NCBI GenBank assembly: GCA_963750165.1
Contig: CAVVPN010000003.1
Span: forward strand, 3,495,877-3,559,876
Origin: an uncultured Gemmataceae bacterium
GTDB taxonomy: Bacteria > Planctomycetota > Planctomycetia > Gemmatales > Gemmataceae
DNA length: 64,000 nucleotides
Direction of reading: 5' to 3'
Position 1 is the stretch's first letter; each line of letters opens with the position of its first letter. Below, piece after piece: positions 9,190 to 17,823 of this stretch. The translations under genes and the position numbers were made by a program. The notes under the pieces were generated by a model. It was given only the letters and a program-made list of their open reading frames with translations. It had not been told where the DNA came from and did not search any database.

Positions 9190-10485
9190 ATGATCGCAAC
9201 ATCGCCGGGCTCGTTCATGGAACGGCTGGTCGCCAGCCAGCTGTTAACCGCGGAACAACTCGCCGCCGTCCGCACCGCCGGGGGGGACGACAAGACGCTG
9301 GCCGACTCCCTGGTGGAGCAGGGGTTGCTGACGCGCTTCCAGGCGCGGCAGCTGCGGGCAGGCGCCACCTCGTTCTTCATTGGCAAATATGTGGTCGTGG
9401 ACTGCCTCGGACGGGGCGGCAACGGCATCGTGTACAAGGCCCGCCATCGCCTGCTGAACCAGCGTTACGTCGCGCTGAAGACGGTGGACACGCGCAGCCT
9501 GCATCACACCCACGACGCCGTCGAGCGTTTCCGCCGTGAGATCGACATCGTCGCCGCCCTGGACCACCCCAATGTCGTCCGCGCCCTGGACGTGCTACAG
9601 ACGCGCGGCCATCTGTATCTGGTGCTGGAGTACGTGCCCGGCCAGGATCTGGCCAAGGTGGTGCGCGAGCGTGGCCGGCTGCCGATCGGCGAGGCGGTCG
9701 ATTACGCGGTGCAGACGGCGCGCGGTCTGGAGTACGCGCACGGTCAGGGGGTGGTCCACCGCGATCTGAAGCCGGCCAACCTGCTGTTGACGCCGGACGG
9801 CGTGGTCAAGTTGTCGGACCTGGGGCTGGCGCGGACGCTGAAAAAGTCGGCGACCGAGGATCCGAGCCTGAAGGGCCTGTGCCTGGGGACGCCGGAATTC
9901 ATGGCCCCGGAGCAGGCCGAGGACGCCAACCAGGCCGACCCGCGCAGCGACCTGTTCAGCCTGGGGGCGACGCTGTTCCACCTGCTGACGGCTGAATTGC
10001 CGCTGAACGGCAGCAGTTATCTGCACCGGCTGCAGCAGCTGCTGACGGCGCCGCAGCGGTCGCTGGCGGTGGCGCGACCGGAGGCACCGGCGGAGTTGGC
10101 GGCGCTGGTGGACCGGCTGCGGCTGCGCGACCCGAACCAGCGGCCGGGCAGTGCTCGTGAGGTAATCGCGCTGCTGGAGCCGTTCGCGCGCAAGCCGGAG
10201 GATCCCGCGACGTGGGAGGCGCCGCGCAAGGCGGCGGTGGTGCTGGAGGTGCTGCGGACGCAGAAGACCGTCGCGGTTTGCTCGAGGCATCGCGTGCCGC
10301 TGCACCTGTTCGCGGACTGGCAAAAGTCCTTCCTGGAAGGCGGCGAGCGGGCGCTGGCCGGCGCCGCCCGGCCCGTCACCGCAGCCCAGGAGCAGGTCCG
10401 CGAGTTGCAGCGCCGCATCGGCGCTCAGGCCGTGGAACTGGAGGCGCTACGCAAACGCTTACAGGAAGCGGAACCGCGTCAATAA
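9190..10485 (+). CDS. Hanks-type Ser/Thr protein kinase with C-terminal IS3 OrfA-like HTH/coiled-coil domain
   Basis: GRGGNG, VALK, HRDLKPAN, DLGLA, GTPEFMAPE, DLFSLG; tail WEAPRKAAVVLEVL...WQKSFLEGG...ELQRRIG. Confidence 0.9.
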   Translation: MIATSPGSFMERLVASQLLTAEQLAAVRTAGGDDKTLADSLVEQGLLTRFQARQLRAGATSFFIGKYVVVDCLGRGGNGIVYKARHRLLNQRYVALKTVDTRSLHHTHDAVERFRREIDIVAALDHPNVVRALDVLQTRGHLYLVLEYVPGQDLAKVVRERGRLPIGEAVDYAVQTARGLEYAHGQGVVHRDLKPANLLLTPDGVVKLSDLGLARTLKKSATEDPSLKGLCLGTPEFMAPEQAEDANQADPRSDLFSLGATLFHLLTAELPLNGSSYLHRLQQLLTAPQRSLAVARPEAPAELAALVDRLRLRDPNQRPGSAREVIALLEPFARKPEDPATWEAPRKAAVVLEVLRTQKTVAVCSRHRVPLHLFADWQKSFLEGGERALAGAARPVTAAQEQVRELQRRIGAQAVELEALRKRLQEAEPRQ

Positions 10486-10594
10486 ACAGAGGATTCACCA
10501 CAAAGACACCAAGGGGCACAAAGAAGAGATAAAAAGGAATTTGTTTTTATCTCTTCTTTGTGCCCCTTGGTGTCTTTGTGGTGAATCCTCTGTT
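10485..10594. repeat. Long perfect hairpin (family C, TTCACCAC termini)
   Basis: 51-bp perfectly complementary arms with an 8-nt loop, between two convergent stop codons. Confidence 0.9.
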
Positions 10595-11612
10595 ATTGTC
10601 CGCGCGACTTTCTACCGTTGGGGGAGGCGCCGATGAGCGTGCCTTCCGGCAGCGGCCGGCCCGCGACCTCGACATTGCTGCGGTGCAACAGGTCGCGCAG
10701 CTGCCGGTACAGCGCGAAACTGTCCGGATACACCCAGAACGTCACCGTGGTGTGCTCCGGGTCGAGCCGGTCCACGATCTGGCGGAACATCGAGCCTGGC
10801 CGCAGCGCCGCCACCGCGGTTTCGCCGCGCTGCGCCGCGATCGGCACCACCTGCCAGGAGCCGTTCACCGCTCCGCTGCGGTCGTCCTGTAACTCCAGCG
10901 TGTAGTGCAGCTCAAAAGCGCCGAGCGGGTTCGCCACGCCGGTGATGCGCCCCTGGGTGCGCAACTCCTGGGTTCGCGTTTGCAGGTCGTGCTTCAGGTC
11001 TTCGAGGAAGGCCGCCAGGTCCACGAACGCCACGCGGCCGTCCTTGCACTCGAAGTGCAACTCCTCCGACTGCACCACCCGACTGACCGGCGTGCGGAAG
11101 CGCAACGGCTTCTTCGCGGACGGTTCCTTTTGCAGCTTGCGAATCTCCTCCTCCAGCTGCTTCGCCCGCGGCGCCAGCTCCGCCACGCTCACCGTGACCT
11201 CCTTGTTGGCGAGTTCCTTCTCCACCTGGGCGGCGATCAGGTCGCGCCGCTGGCGGTCGAGCTTCTGTTCCTCCTCGGTCAACTGCGCGAGCTGCCGGAC
11301 GGTCGCGGTGCCGGCGCCGCGCAACTGATCCATCTGCGTGCCCTGGGTCTGCACGCGCTGCTCCACCTGGAGCAGTTCCCACTGCTGCCGGGACAGCGTC
11401 TTGCGTACCGCCTCCTCGGCGTCAGTGGACGCGGGGAGCGCGACGGCAGCGGGCGGCGACGGCAGCGCCTGCAGCACTGCGTGGTACGCGCGGGCGCCCA
11501 CCCAGGCCACCAGGATGAGACGAATGATGATGCCCACGACGTTCGTAATCACGTCGAGGAAGCAATCGAGGCTGAACGGGACTTCGCGGGGCGGACGGCG
11601 GCGACGGATCAT
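10593..11612 (-). CDS. Single-TM coiled-coil protein, ExbD/TolR-like partner with a TM aspartate
   Basis: RRRRPPRE then FSLDCFLDVITNVVGIIIRLILVAWVG, long coiled coil, C-terminal alpha/beta domain. Confidence 0.75.
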   Translation of the reverse strand: MIRRRRPPREVPFSLDCFLDVITNVVGIIIRLILVAWVGARAYHAVLQALPSPPAAVALPASTDAEEAVRKTLSRQQWELLQVEQRVQTQGTQMDQLRGAGTATVRQLAQLTEEEQKLDRQRRDLIAAQVEKELANKEVTVSVAELAPRAKQLEEEIRKLQKEPSAKKPLRFRTPVSRVVQSEELHFECKDGRVAFVDLAAFLEDLKHDLQTRTQELRTQGRITGVANPLGAFELHYTLELQDDRSGAVNGSWQVVPIAAQRGETAVAALRPGSMFRQIVDRLDPEHTTVTFWVYPDSFALYRQLRDLLHRSNVEVAGRPLPEGTLIGASPNGRKSRGQ

Positions 11613-11613
11613 G

Positions 11614-13725
11614 TCAGTTCACCCCCTCCCGTGCCAGCGGCAGTCGTAGCGGCTCCAGCAGCGGACAGACCGCGTAAAACGTGCCCAGCCCACCAGGCCC
11701 CACCTGGAGCCGCAGCAACGGCCGATACGGGGCCTCGCCGGGTCGCACTGTCGCCTGCCGCCGGGCCACCAGTTGCCGCACCGCCTGCGCCAGCGGGTGC
11801 TCGCCGGTCGGCCGGGCGTTCAACTCGGTGAGCGCGAAACGTTGGCCGGTGGGCCGCAGCACCGCCGCGTTCGCCTCGCAGGTAATCTGGATGATCCAGT
11901 CACGGTTGCCGATCAGGCCGCTGAGCGTCACCGGCGTCGGCCGTTTGCCGTACTGCCTGCCCGCCAGCAGCGGCGGCAGCGGTGGCCCCGGGTTGCCGCC
12001 ACCGCCCCCGGAAGATGCGGACCCGCCGGGGCTTCCTGCTCTGGCGGTCTGGCCGTCGGGAGTGCCCGCGCTGGCGGCCTGGCCGTCGGGAGTGCGAGGG
12101 CTTCCCTGATCGTCGCCCGGCGGAGTCTGACCATCGCCTGGTGGACCGCTCGGTTGTCCGGTGCCTGTGCTCTTGCCCTTACTGATGCCGCCGCCCGGGC
12201 CGGCGCCCGTCGCGGTGACAACGGCGCCACCCGGCGGCCCATTTCCTCCTGGGCCGTTCTCGCCTCCCGCGGTCACGCCCTGAGGACTGCCACCGTTCCC
12301 GCGCCTGGGCGTCGCAAGGTTGCTGATACTCTGGCTCAAATTGCCGATGTTCGGCGCACCGGCAGGTCCGACGAAAGGAGAGCCCCAGCGTCCTGCAGTC
12401 GCTGACGCTCCCGGCGCGCCGGTGCCGCCGCGGCCGGCGCCGCTGAACATGCAATCCTCCAAACTCGGTATTTCGCCTCCGAGAACGTTGGTTTTCCTCC
12501 CACCGCCCGAACCGCCCCGCTCAGCACCGGCCGCCGCATTGCCCGCGCCGACGCCCCGCCCATCGCCCGTCCAAACGCCTTTCCCAGAGCCACCCGTCGC
12601 GTTGCCCGGGCCGCCGCCCGGCTTACCACCGCCCGAACCGCCCCACCCGGAGCCGCCCACCGTGGTGCTCGGGCCGATGCCCTGCCCACCGCCTGCCCGA
12701 ACGCCAGAACCGACCCCCACGCCGCCACCGCCGGAACCTCCCGCAATCTGGCCGCCGCCACCCGCAGGCCCGGCCAGGCTGCTGCCCCCCATGCTCAGCG
12801 TGGCCACCCGCTTCGGGATGGGCGGCACCGCCAGCGCGAGCGAAGGCGGCACCGGCGGCACGCCGGCCGCCAGCGCTTCCTGCGAAAAGTCCAGAATCCA
12901 GTCGTCCTCGATCAACTCATAGCCGAAGTCGATCTCGAGCCCCTCCAGCGCGGCCCGCAGCAGCCCGTACGTCGGAATGCCGACGGGCCGGATCAGCACC
13001 ATCAGGTAGGGCGTCGCCGCCTTGCCGTCGCCGCGCTGCTGGGCGATGCGCCGCTGCACCTCGGCCCGCACCGTCAGCGGCGACGGCAACGCCTTCAGCC
13101 GGTCGGGGTGAAAGATCAGGCTGGTGCCGCACTCGATGTAAATCGGCTTGCGGTTGTCACCGTGCTTGCCGGCGTAGGGGATGAGCGAGTACGTCTGCTG
13201 GTCGAGCGACCGCCGCGCCTTGAGGTCGTTCAACGTGGCCTCCAGCTCGCGCACCCGGGTCAGCTGTTTGACCAGTTCGCTGCGGGCGCCTTCCGCCTTG
13301 TTCTCCACCAGAAAGATGCCGTGCTTGCGCTCGGCCACGTCGGCGCGGAGTTGTGCCACGCGGTCGCCGGCTTTTTGGGCTTGCTGCAGCAGTTGCCCCT
13401 GGCGGGCCCGCTCGTCGCGCAGCGCCTGCTCGACGGTGGCGGCCCGGCCATGCACTTCCTGAAGCTGGGCCAGCTGGGCGGCGGCGATGCGGTTCAGCTC
13501 CGCCCAACGCAGCCGGCGGCGCTGCTCCTCGGCGGACAGGCGGGCCTGATCCTGGGCGGCGTCCTGCAGGCGCTGGGCGTACTGCAAGCGAGCCTTGTTC
13601 CGGGCGACGATTTTAGCGCGGCGGTCCATCACCAGCAGCAACAGAATCAGCGCCCCCATCGCGCACAGCAGCACCGCGAGGAACGGAAAGGTCTCAGGCT
13701 TGAGCTTCGCCTTCCGGGATCGCAT
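11614..13725 (-). CDS. Single-TM coiled-coil protein with Gly-rich linker and duplicated alpha/beta domain
   Basis: FPFLAVLLCAMGALILLLLVM TM, coiled coil, roughly 300-aa Gly/Ser/Pro-rich segment; same strand and orientation as the MotA-like gene. Confidence 0.75.
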   Translation of the reverse strand: MRSRKAKLKPETFPFLAVLLCAMGALILLLLVMDRRAKIVARNKARLQYAQRLQDAAQDQARLSAEEQRRRLRWAELNRIAAAQLAQLQEVHGRAATVEQALRDERARQGQLLQQAQKAGDRVAQLRADVAERKHGIFLVENKAEGARSELVKQLTRVRELEATLNDLKARRSLDQQTYSLIPYAGKHGDNRKPIYIECGTSLIFHPDRLKALPSPLTVRAEVQRRIAQQRGDGKAATPYLMVLIRPVGIPTYGLLRAALEGLEIDFGYELIEDDWILDFSQEALAAGVPPVPPSLALAVPPIPKRVATLSMGGSSLAGPAGGGGQIAGGSGGGGVGVGSGVRAGGGQGIGPSTTVGGSGWGGSGGGKPGGGPGNATGGSGKGVWTGDGRGVGAGNAAAGAERGGSGGGRKTNVLGGEIPSLEDCMFSGAGRGGTGAPGASATAGRWGSPFVGPAGAPNIGNLSQSISNLATPRRGNGGSPQGVTAGGENGPGGNGPPGGAVVTATGAGPGGGISKGKSTGTGQPSGPPGDGQTPPGDDQGSPRTPDGQAASAGTPDGQTARAGSPGGSASSGGGGGNPGPPLPPLLAGRQYGKRPTPVTLSGLIGNRDWIIQITCEANAAVLRPTGQRFALTELNARPTGEHPLAQAVRQLVARRQATVRPGEAPYRPLLRLQVGPGGLGTFYAVCPLLEPLRLPLAREGVN

Positions 13726-13739
13726 GGAGACCTCAAATT

Positions 13740-13834
13740 ATTTCACCACAGAGACCGCGGAGAACGCAGAGAGAAGACACTTGAAACAATGCTTTCTCTC
13801 TTTTGTCTGTTCTCCGCGGTCTCTGTGGTGAAAT
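13740..13834. repeat. Hairpin element (family C)
   Basis: 26-bp perfect outer arms ATTTCACCACAGAGACCGCGGAGAAC / GTTCTCCGCGGTCTCTGTGGTGAAAT. Confidence 0.85.
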
Positions 13835-13843
13835 CCATGCTCA

Positions 13844-15118
13844 TCACGCCGCCGTGGGAGGCCGCGGTCCCAGGCGGTTGCTCGGACTGACGCCGCCGAG
13901 CCGTGCCGTGAGCAAGTGAATCGCCGCGGTCAGGCTGTGCGTCATCTGCTCGAACGCGCCCGCGCCGGCCAGCGCTTGCAGGTTGTGCTGCAGCGCTTCC
14001 TGCAACCGCACCAGCTGGCCGCCGTCCGCCTGCAACCGGGTCAGCGCCTGCGCCGTCTCGCGCAGCGCCAGTGCCACCGTTGCCAGCTGCCCCAGCAACG
14101 CCGCACCCTGTTCCTGCGACTGTCGCTCCTGCGCCGCCAGCCGCTCCTCGTGCTGCTCCAGCGTCCGCAGCAGCGCCGCCTCCAGCGCCTGCGTCAGCAC
14201 CTCCTGTTGTTGCTGGCCCGCCTCGTCCCAGCGCTGCCGCGCCGCTGCCAGCGCCTCGGTCCACACGGCCGCCTGCCGCTGGACCAGCTGCTCCGTCGCC
14301 GTCACCAGCACCTGCGTGTTCTGCCGCACCACATCGACGAACTCGCCGTTCTGCGCCGCCACACGCTCGAAGCGGTGCGCCAGCTGCTCGTCCACGTAAC
14401 GGTCCACCTCCGCCAGCACGCCCTGCTCGACGCGCTCGACAACGAAGCTGACGAACATCACGATCATCGTCAGCGCCAGCGCCAGGGCGGTGGTGTCGAA
14501 CGCCTCGGCCAGACCGCCGGTGACCGCACTGAGGTTGTTCTCCATCTGGTCCGGCGACACATTGGCGATGGCCTTGGTGATGCCGAGCACCGTCCCCAGG
14601 AAGCCGAGAATCGGAATCGCCCAGGTGATGAACCGCACCAGCGAATAGCTGCCCTCCAGGGCGACGCCGTCACCGTCCGCGAGGGTGCGCAACTGGTCGT
14701 CGAGTTCGGCGACGGAACCGCGGCCGGTCACGAAGTCCAGCACCGCGGCGACGCGCCGGCCCAGGTACGTCTGCCGCAGCCGGTCGTCCAGCCGCCCCAG
14801 CCCCGCACGCAACTCTGCCGCCTCGGACGCGGGCACCGGCTGGCCGTCCCAGGGCGGCAGCAAATCCTGGCCGCAGGCGGCGCGCTCGCGGCGGCTGTGC
14901 CAGAGCTTGGCCAGCAGCGCCGCCAGGGCGCAGCTAAAGGCCACGACGGCGACCTGCTCGGCCGGGTGCTTGACGTAGTGATGGCCCTCCTCGCCGAAGA
15001 CGCCCAGCAGCAGCGGCGCCAGCAGGACGGCCGCCAGGGGCAGGCCCAGCGTGAACGCCGCCATTGTGCTCGCCGATCGCTGGGCGGGTCGCGCCGCGCC
15101 GGAGTTCGATCCGCTCAT
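13844..15118 (-). CDS. MotA/TolQ/ExbB proton-channel family protein with long C-terminal helical tail
   Basis: WAIPILGFLGTVLGI and GLAEAFDTTALAL channel helices; roughly 190-aa Ala/Gln/Glu-rich tail; start taken at ATG 15118. Confidence 0.88.
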   Translation of the reverse strand: MSGSNSGAARPAQRSASTMAAFTLGLPLAAVLLAPLLLGVFGEEGHHYVKHPAEQVAVVAFSCALAALLAKLWHSRRERAACGQDLLPPWDGQPVPASEAAELRAGLGRLDDRLRQTYLGRRVAAVLDFVTGRGSVAELDDQLRTLADGDGVALEGSYSLVRFITWAIPILGFLGTVLGITKAIANVSPDQMENNLSAVTGGLAEAFDTTALALALTMIVMFVSFVVERVEQGVLAEVDRYVDEQLAHRFERVAAQNGEFVDVVRQNTQVLVTATEQLVQRQAAVWTEALAAARQRWDEAGQQQQEVLTQALEAALLRTLEQHEERLAAQERQSQEQGAALLGQLATVALALRETAQALTRLQADGGQLVRLQEALQHNLQALAGAGAFEQMTHSLTAAIHLLTARLGGVSPSNRLGPRPPTAA

Positions 15119-15243
15119 TCGTTTACCCTCACCTGGGACGGCCGCTATAGTAACATCGCCCACGCTGGGCGGCGGATTCTAGCGTTTTTTCCGCGGCGGT
15201 CGAGTGCGGTTGACCGAATGACAAGCCGGGAGGGGGTGGCAAG

Positions 15244-15804
15244 GTGGAGGAGTCACGCAAGCGGTTTCTGGAACTGTTCCGCAGCCGAGCGCTGTCGTTT
15301 GGGCAATTCACGCTCGCCTCGGGCAAGACGAGCAGTTACTACATCAACAGCAAAAAAGTGCTGTTCGCCGGCGAGGCGGTCTGGCTGCTGGGCGATCTGC
15401 TCTGGCACCTGACGCGCGACCTGAACGTGCAGGCGATGGGCGGTCTGGAGGTCGGTGCCATCCCGATGGCGGTGGCGGCGGCGCTGCGCTATCACCAGGA
15501 GGGCCGGCCGCTGGAGGGCTTCTTCGTCCGCAAGGAGGCCAAGGGCCACGGCAGTCAGCAGCGCGTCGAGGGCCGGTTGGAGGCCGGCATGCGCGTCGCC
15601 GTGCTTGACGACGTACTGACCACCGGCGGTTCCGTCCTGCAGGCGCTCGCCGAGGTCGAGAAGGCCGGCGCCGTGGTCGTCGCGGTCGTCTGCATTGTTG
15701 ATCGCCTTGAAGGGGCACGCGAACAGCTGACGCCGCGCTACCATTATTTGCCGCTGTACACCATCCGCGATTTCGGCATCGAGCCACCCGCTTCAGGCGT
15801 ATGA
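15244..15804 (+). CDS. pyrE: Orotate phosphoribosyltransferase
   Basis: FTLASGKTSSYY, RKEAKGHG, VLDDVLTTGGS PRPP-binding motif. Confidence 0.96.
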   Translation: MEESRKRFLELFRSRALSFGQFTLASGKTSSYYINSKKVLFAGEAVWLLGDLLWHLTRDLNVQAMGGLEVGAIPMAVAAALRYHQEGRPLEGFFVRKEAKGHGSQQRVEGRLEAGMRVAVLDDVLTTGGSVLQALAEVEKAGAVVVAVVCIVDRLEGAREQLTPRYHYLPLYTIRDFGIEPPASGV

Positions 15805-15924
15805 AGGCCAGGGCAACGAGTGGTCGAGGTGCCCAGGAGTAACATGGCCACATGGCCACACGGCGCGCCCCCCCATTCCGCGATGTGAGAATGGTTGCCA
15901 ATGGTTGACCTGACACCAGTTGAC

Positions 15925-16935
15925 ATGCGCACCCAGGTGATTGCCGTGGATCCCGCCGCGCCCGATGCCGCCGTGCTGGCGCGGGCCGCGGCGGTGCTGC
16001 GCGGCGGCGGCCTGGTCGCGTTCCCGACCGAGACGGTCTACGGCCTCGGGGTGAACGCCCTGGACGCGGCGGCGGTGGGCCGGTTGTTCGCGGCGAAGGG
16101 GCGGCCGGCGCAGAATCCGTTGATCGTCCATGTCGCGGAGGTGGCGCAGGCGCGCGAGTTCGCAGCGGACTGGCCGGAGGCGGCGGCGCGACTGGCGGCG
16201 CAATTCTGGCCGGGGCCGCTGACGTTGGTGGTGCGCAAGCAGCCTGTCGTGCCCGACGCGGTGACGGCCGGAGGCCCGACGGTGGCACTGCGACTGCCGG
16301 CGCATCCGGTGGCGCTGGCGCTGCTGCGGACGGCGGCGTTGCCGGTCGCGGCACCGAGCGCCAACCGCTCCTCGACCATCTCGCCGACGCGGGCCGAGCA
16401 CGTGCTGCGCAGCCTTGACGGCCGCATTGACCTGGTGCTGGACGGCGGGCCAACGCCAGGCGGACTCGAATCAACGGTGGTGGATGTGACGGTGACGCCG
16501 CCGCGGCTGCTACGGCCGGGGCTGGTCACGCCGGCGGAACTGGAAGCGGTGCTGGGGCGGGTGGCGCGGTCGGGCAATGCGGGTGCCGGGGAAGTGCTGC
16601 GGTCGCCGGGGATGCTGAGCCGGCATTACGCCCCGTCGGTGCCGCTTGAGTGCGTGGCGGAGGACGCCGCGGCGGGGCGGGTGACGGAATTGCTGCGGCA
16701 GGGGATGCGGGTCGGCTGGCTGACGTTTGCAGCGCCGCCCGATGTGGTTGACGCAGAGCGGTTGCGAGTACTGGCGCTGCCGCGGGAGCCGGCGGCGTAC
16801 GCGGCTCAGCTGTACGCGGCGCTGCACGGTTTCGAGGCGGACGGTGTGGAGCGCATCGTGGTGACGCTGCCGCCGGCGGATGAAGAGTGGCTGGCGGTGC
16901 GGGACCGGCTGCGGCGGGCGGCGGCAGAGTATTGA
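15925..16935 (+). CDS. sua5: Threonylcarbamoyl-AMP synthase (Sua5/YwlC type)
   Basis: FPTETVYGLG, KGRP-NPLIVH, APSANRS, STVVD, SPGMLSRHYAP. Confidence 0.95.
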   Translation: MRTQVIAVDPAAPDAAVLARAAAVLRGGGLVAFPTETVYGLGVNALDAAAVGRLFAAKGRPAQNPLIVHVAEVAQAREFAADWPEAAARLAAQFWPGPLTLVVRKQPVVPDAVTAGGPTVALRLPAHPVALALLRTAALPVAAPSANRSSTISPTRAEHVLRSLDGRIDLVLDGGPTPGGLESTVVDVTVTPPRLLRPGLVTPAELEAVLGRVARSGNAGAGEVLRSPGMLSRHYAPSVPLECVAEDAAAGRVTELLRQGMRVGWLTFAAPPDVVDAERLRVLALPREPAAYAAQLYAALHGFEADGVERIVVTLPPADEEWLAVRDRLRRAAAEY

Positions 16936-17049
16936 TGGAGAATTGGCTCGTTCCTGTTTGGATTCATCGGTTCGGACGCGCGGAGGCGGCTGGCCGCTCC
17001 TTTGAGAATGTCTGGGTGGTTTGCTTTTTTTCGGCGATTCTTTCTTGAA

Positions 17050-17170
17050 TGGAAATCAGAAAAAGCCGACATTTCACATTCCGAAAGATGCCCTGAGGCG
17101 CATCAATCTCGGGCAGTCTTTTGCCGAATACGACAAAATCCTGACAAAACCCGGCGTTTTTGTTCGCATG
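17050..17170 (+). pseudogene. Possible 5' fragment of a P-loop ATPase gene
   Basis: Lower-GC stretch encoding FHIPKDALRRINLGQSFAEYDKILTKPGVFV, resembling the G-x-x-x-AE-x-D N-terminus of Sll1717-like ATPases; no Walker A follows. Confidence 0.3.
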
Positions 17171-17196
17171 CTGACGGTGCAGGCGGGCCGCCTGTG

Positions 17197-17430
17197 CTAC
17201 GGCAGCGCGTCGATCAGGCGCAAGCGCTCGGGGTCGGGCGGGTCAATCTTGACAACCGCGATGTCCTCTAAACCGAACTGGTCGCGGCCGGCCTGAAGGG
17301 CGTCGCGCTGGGTGTCCCAGATGCTGACGACTTCAGCGCCTTTGATCAGGGCGCGGCAACCGGCGTGCCCCTCGGCCAGCAGGCGCCCCACTTCGCGGCG
17401 ATACGTCTCTGCCTCGCGCTCCAGCGGCAT
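17197..17430 (-). CDS. Small hypothetical protein (DUF5678-like)
   Basis: MPLEREAETYRRE...GCRALIKGAEVVSIWDTQRDALQAG; preceded by a GAGGAG ribosome-binding site. Confidence 0.65.
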   Translation of the reverse strand: MPLEREAETYRREVGRLLAEGHAGCRALIKGAEVVSIWDTQRDALQAGRDQFGLEDIAVVKIDPPDPERLRLIDALP

Positions 17431-17540
17431 TGCCAACTCCTCTTTTGCTCGGCTCTAATCGGCAGCAGCCACCAACAGCGCATCCCGGCCCACACCCGCG
17501 CCGTCAACCCGCATGACCGCCGCCTGCGCCAGCACCTGGT

Positions 17541-17786
17541 TTATTTCTTCACCTTTTTGTATTTTTTCGTGAGCATGCCGTCGCTGCCGATAATTCCCGC
17601 TGCAAGAAGGGATTGACGGAATTTCAACGAGGTCAGGGAATTCAACTGCTGGAGAACCATTCCGAATTTACTCCCCTGCCGGGCGGTCTTTTTTTTGTTT
17701 CCCGTACCTCCCGTCTGGCCGGACGTGCCAGACGGCGAGGATGTTTCTTGGGTTTCTGACGCAGATTTGGATGTGCGCTTCTTCAT
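17541..17786 (-). CDS. Small Lys-rich hypothetical protein
   Basis: 81 aa, lower GC, GGGAG upstream of the ATG; tail LLAAGIIGSDGMLTKKYKK. Confidence 0.5.
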   Translation of the reverse strand: MKKRTSKSASETQETSSPSGTSGQTGGTGNKKKTARQGSKFGMVLQQLNSLTSLKFRQSLLAAGIIGSDGMLTKKYKKVKK

Positions 17787-17823
17787 AAATCCAACTCCCT
17801 GTCCAAACTCATTGGGCGGTCGC

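Noticed and set aside
10200..10485. Intact IS3-family insertion sequence
   Set aside because: Only an OrfA-like domain fused to the kinase; no DDE OrfB and no terminal inverted repeats.
10593..15118. Zorya anti-phage system or flagellar stator
   Set aside because: No OmpA-like peptidoglycan-binding partner, no ZorC/D/E and no flagellar genes; only the long tail resembles ZorA.
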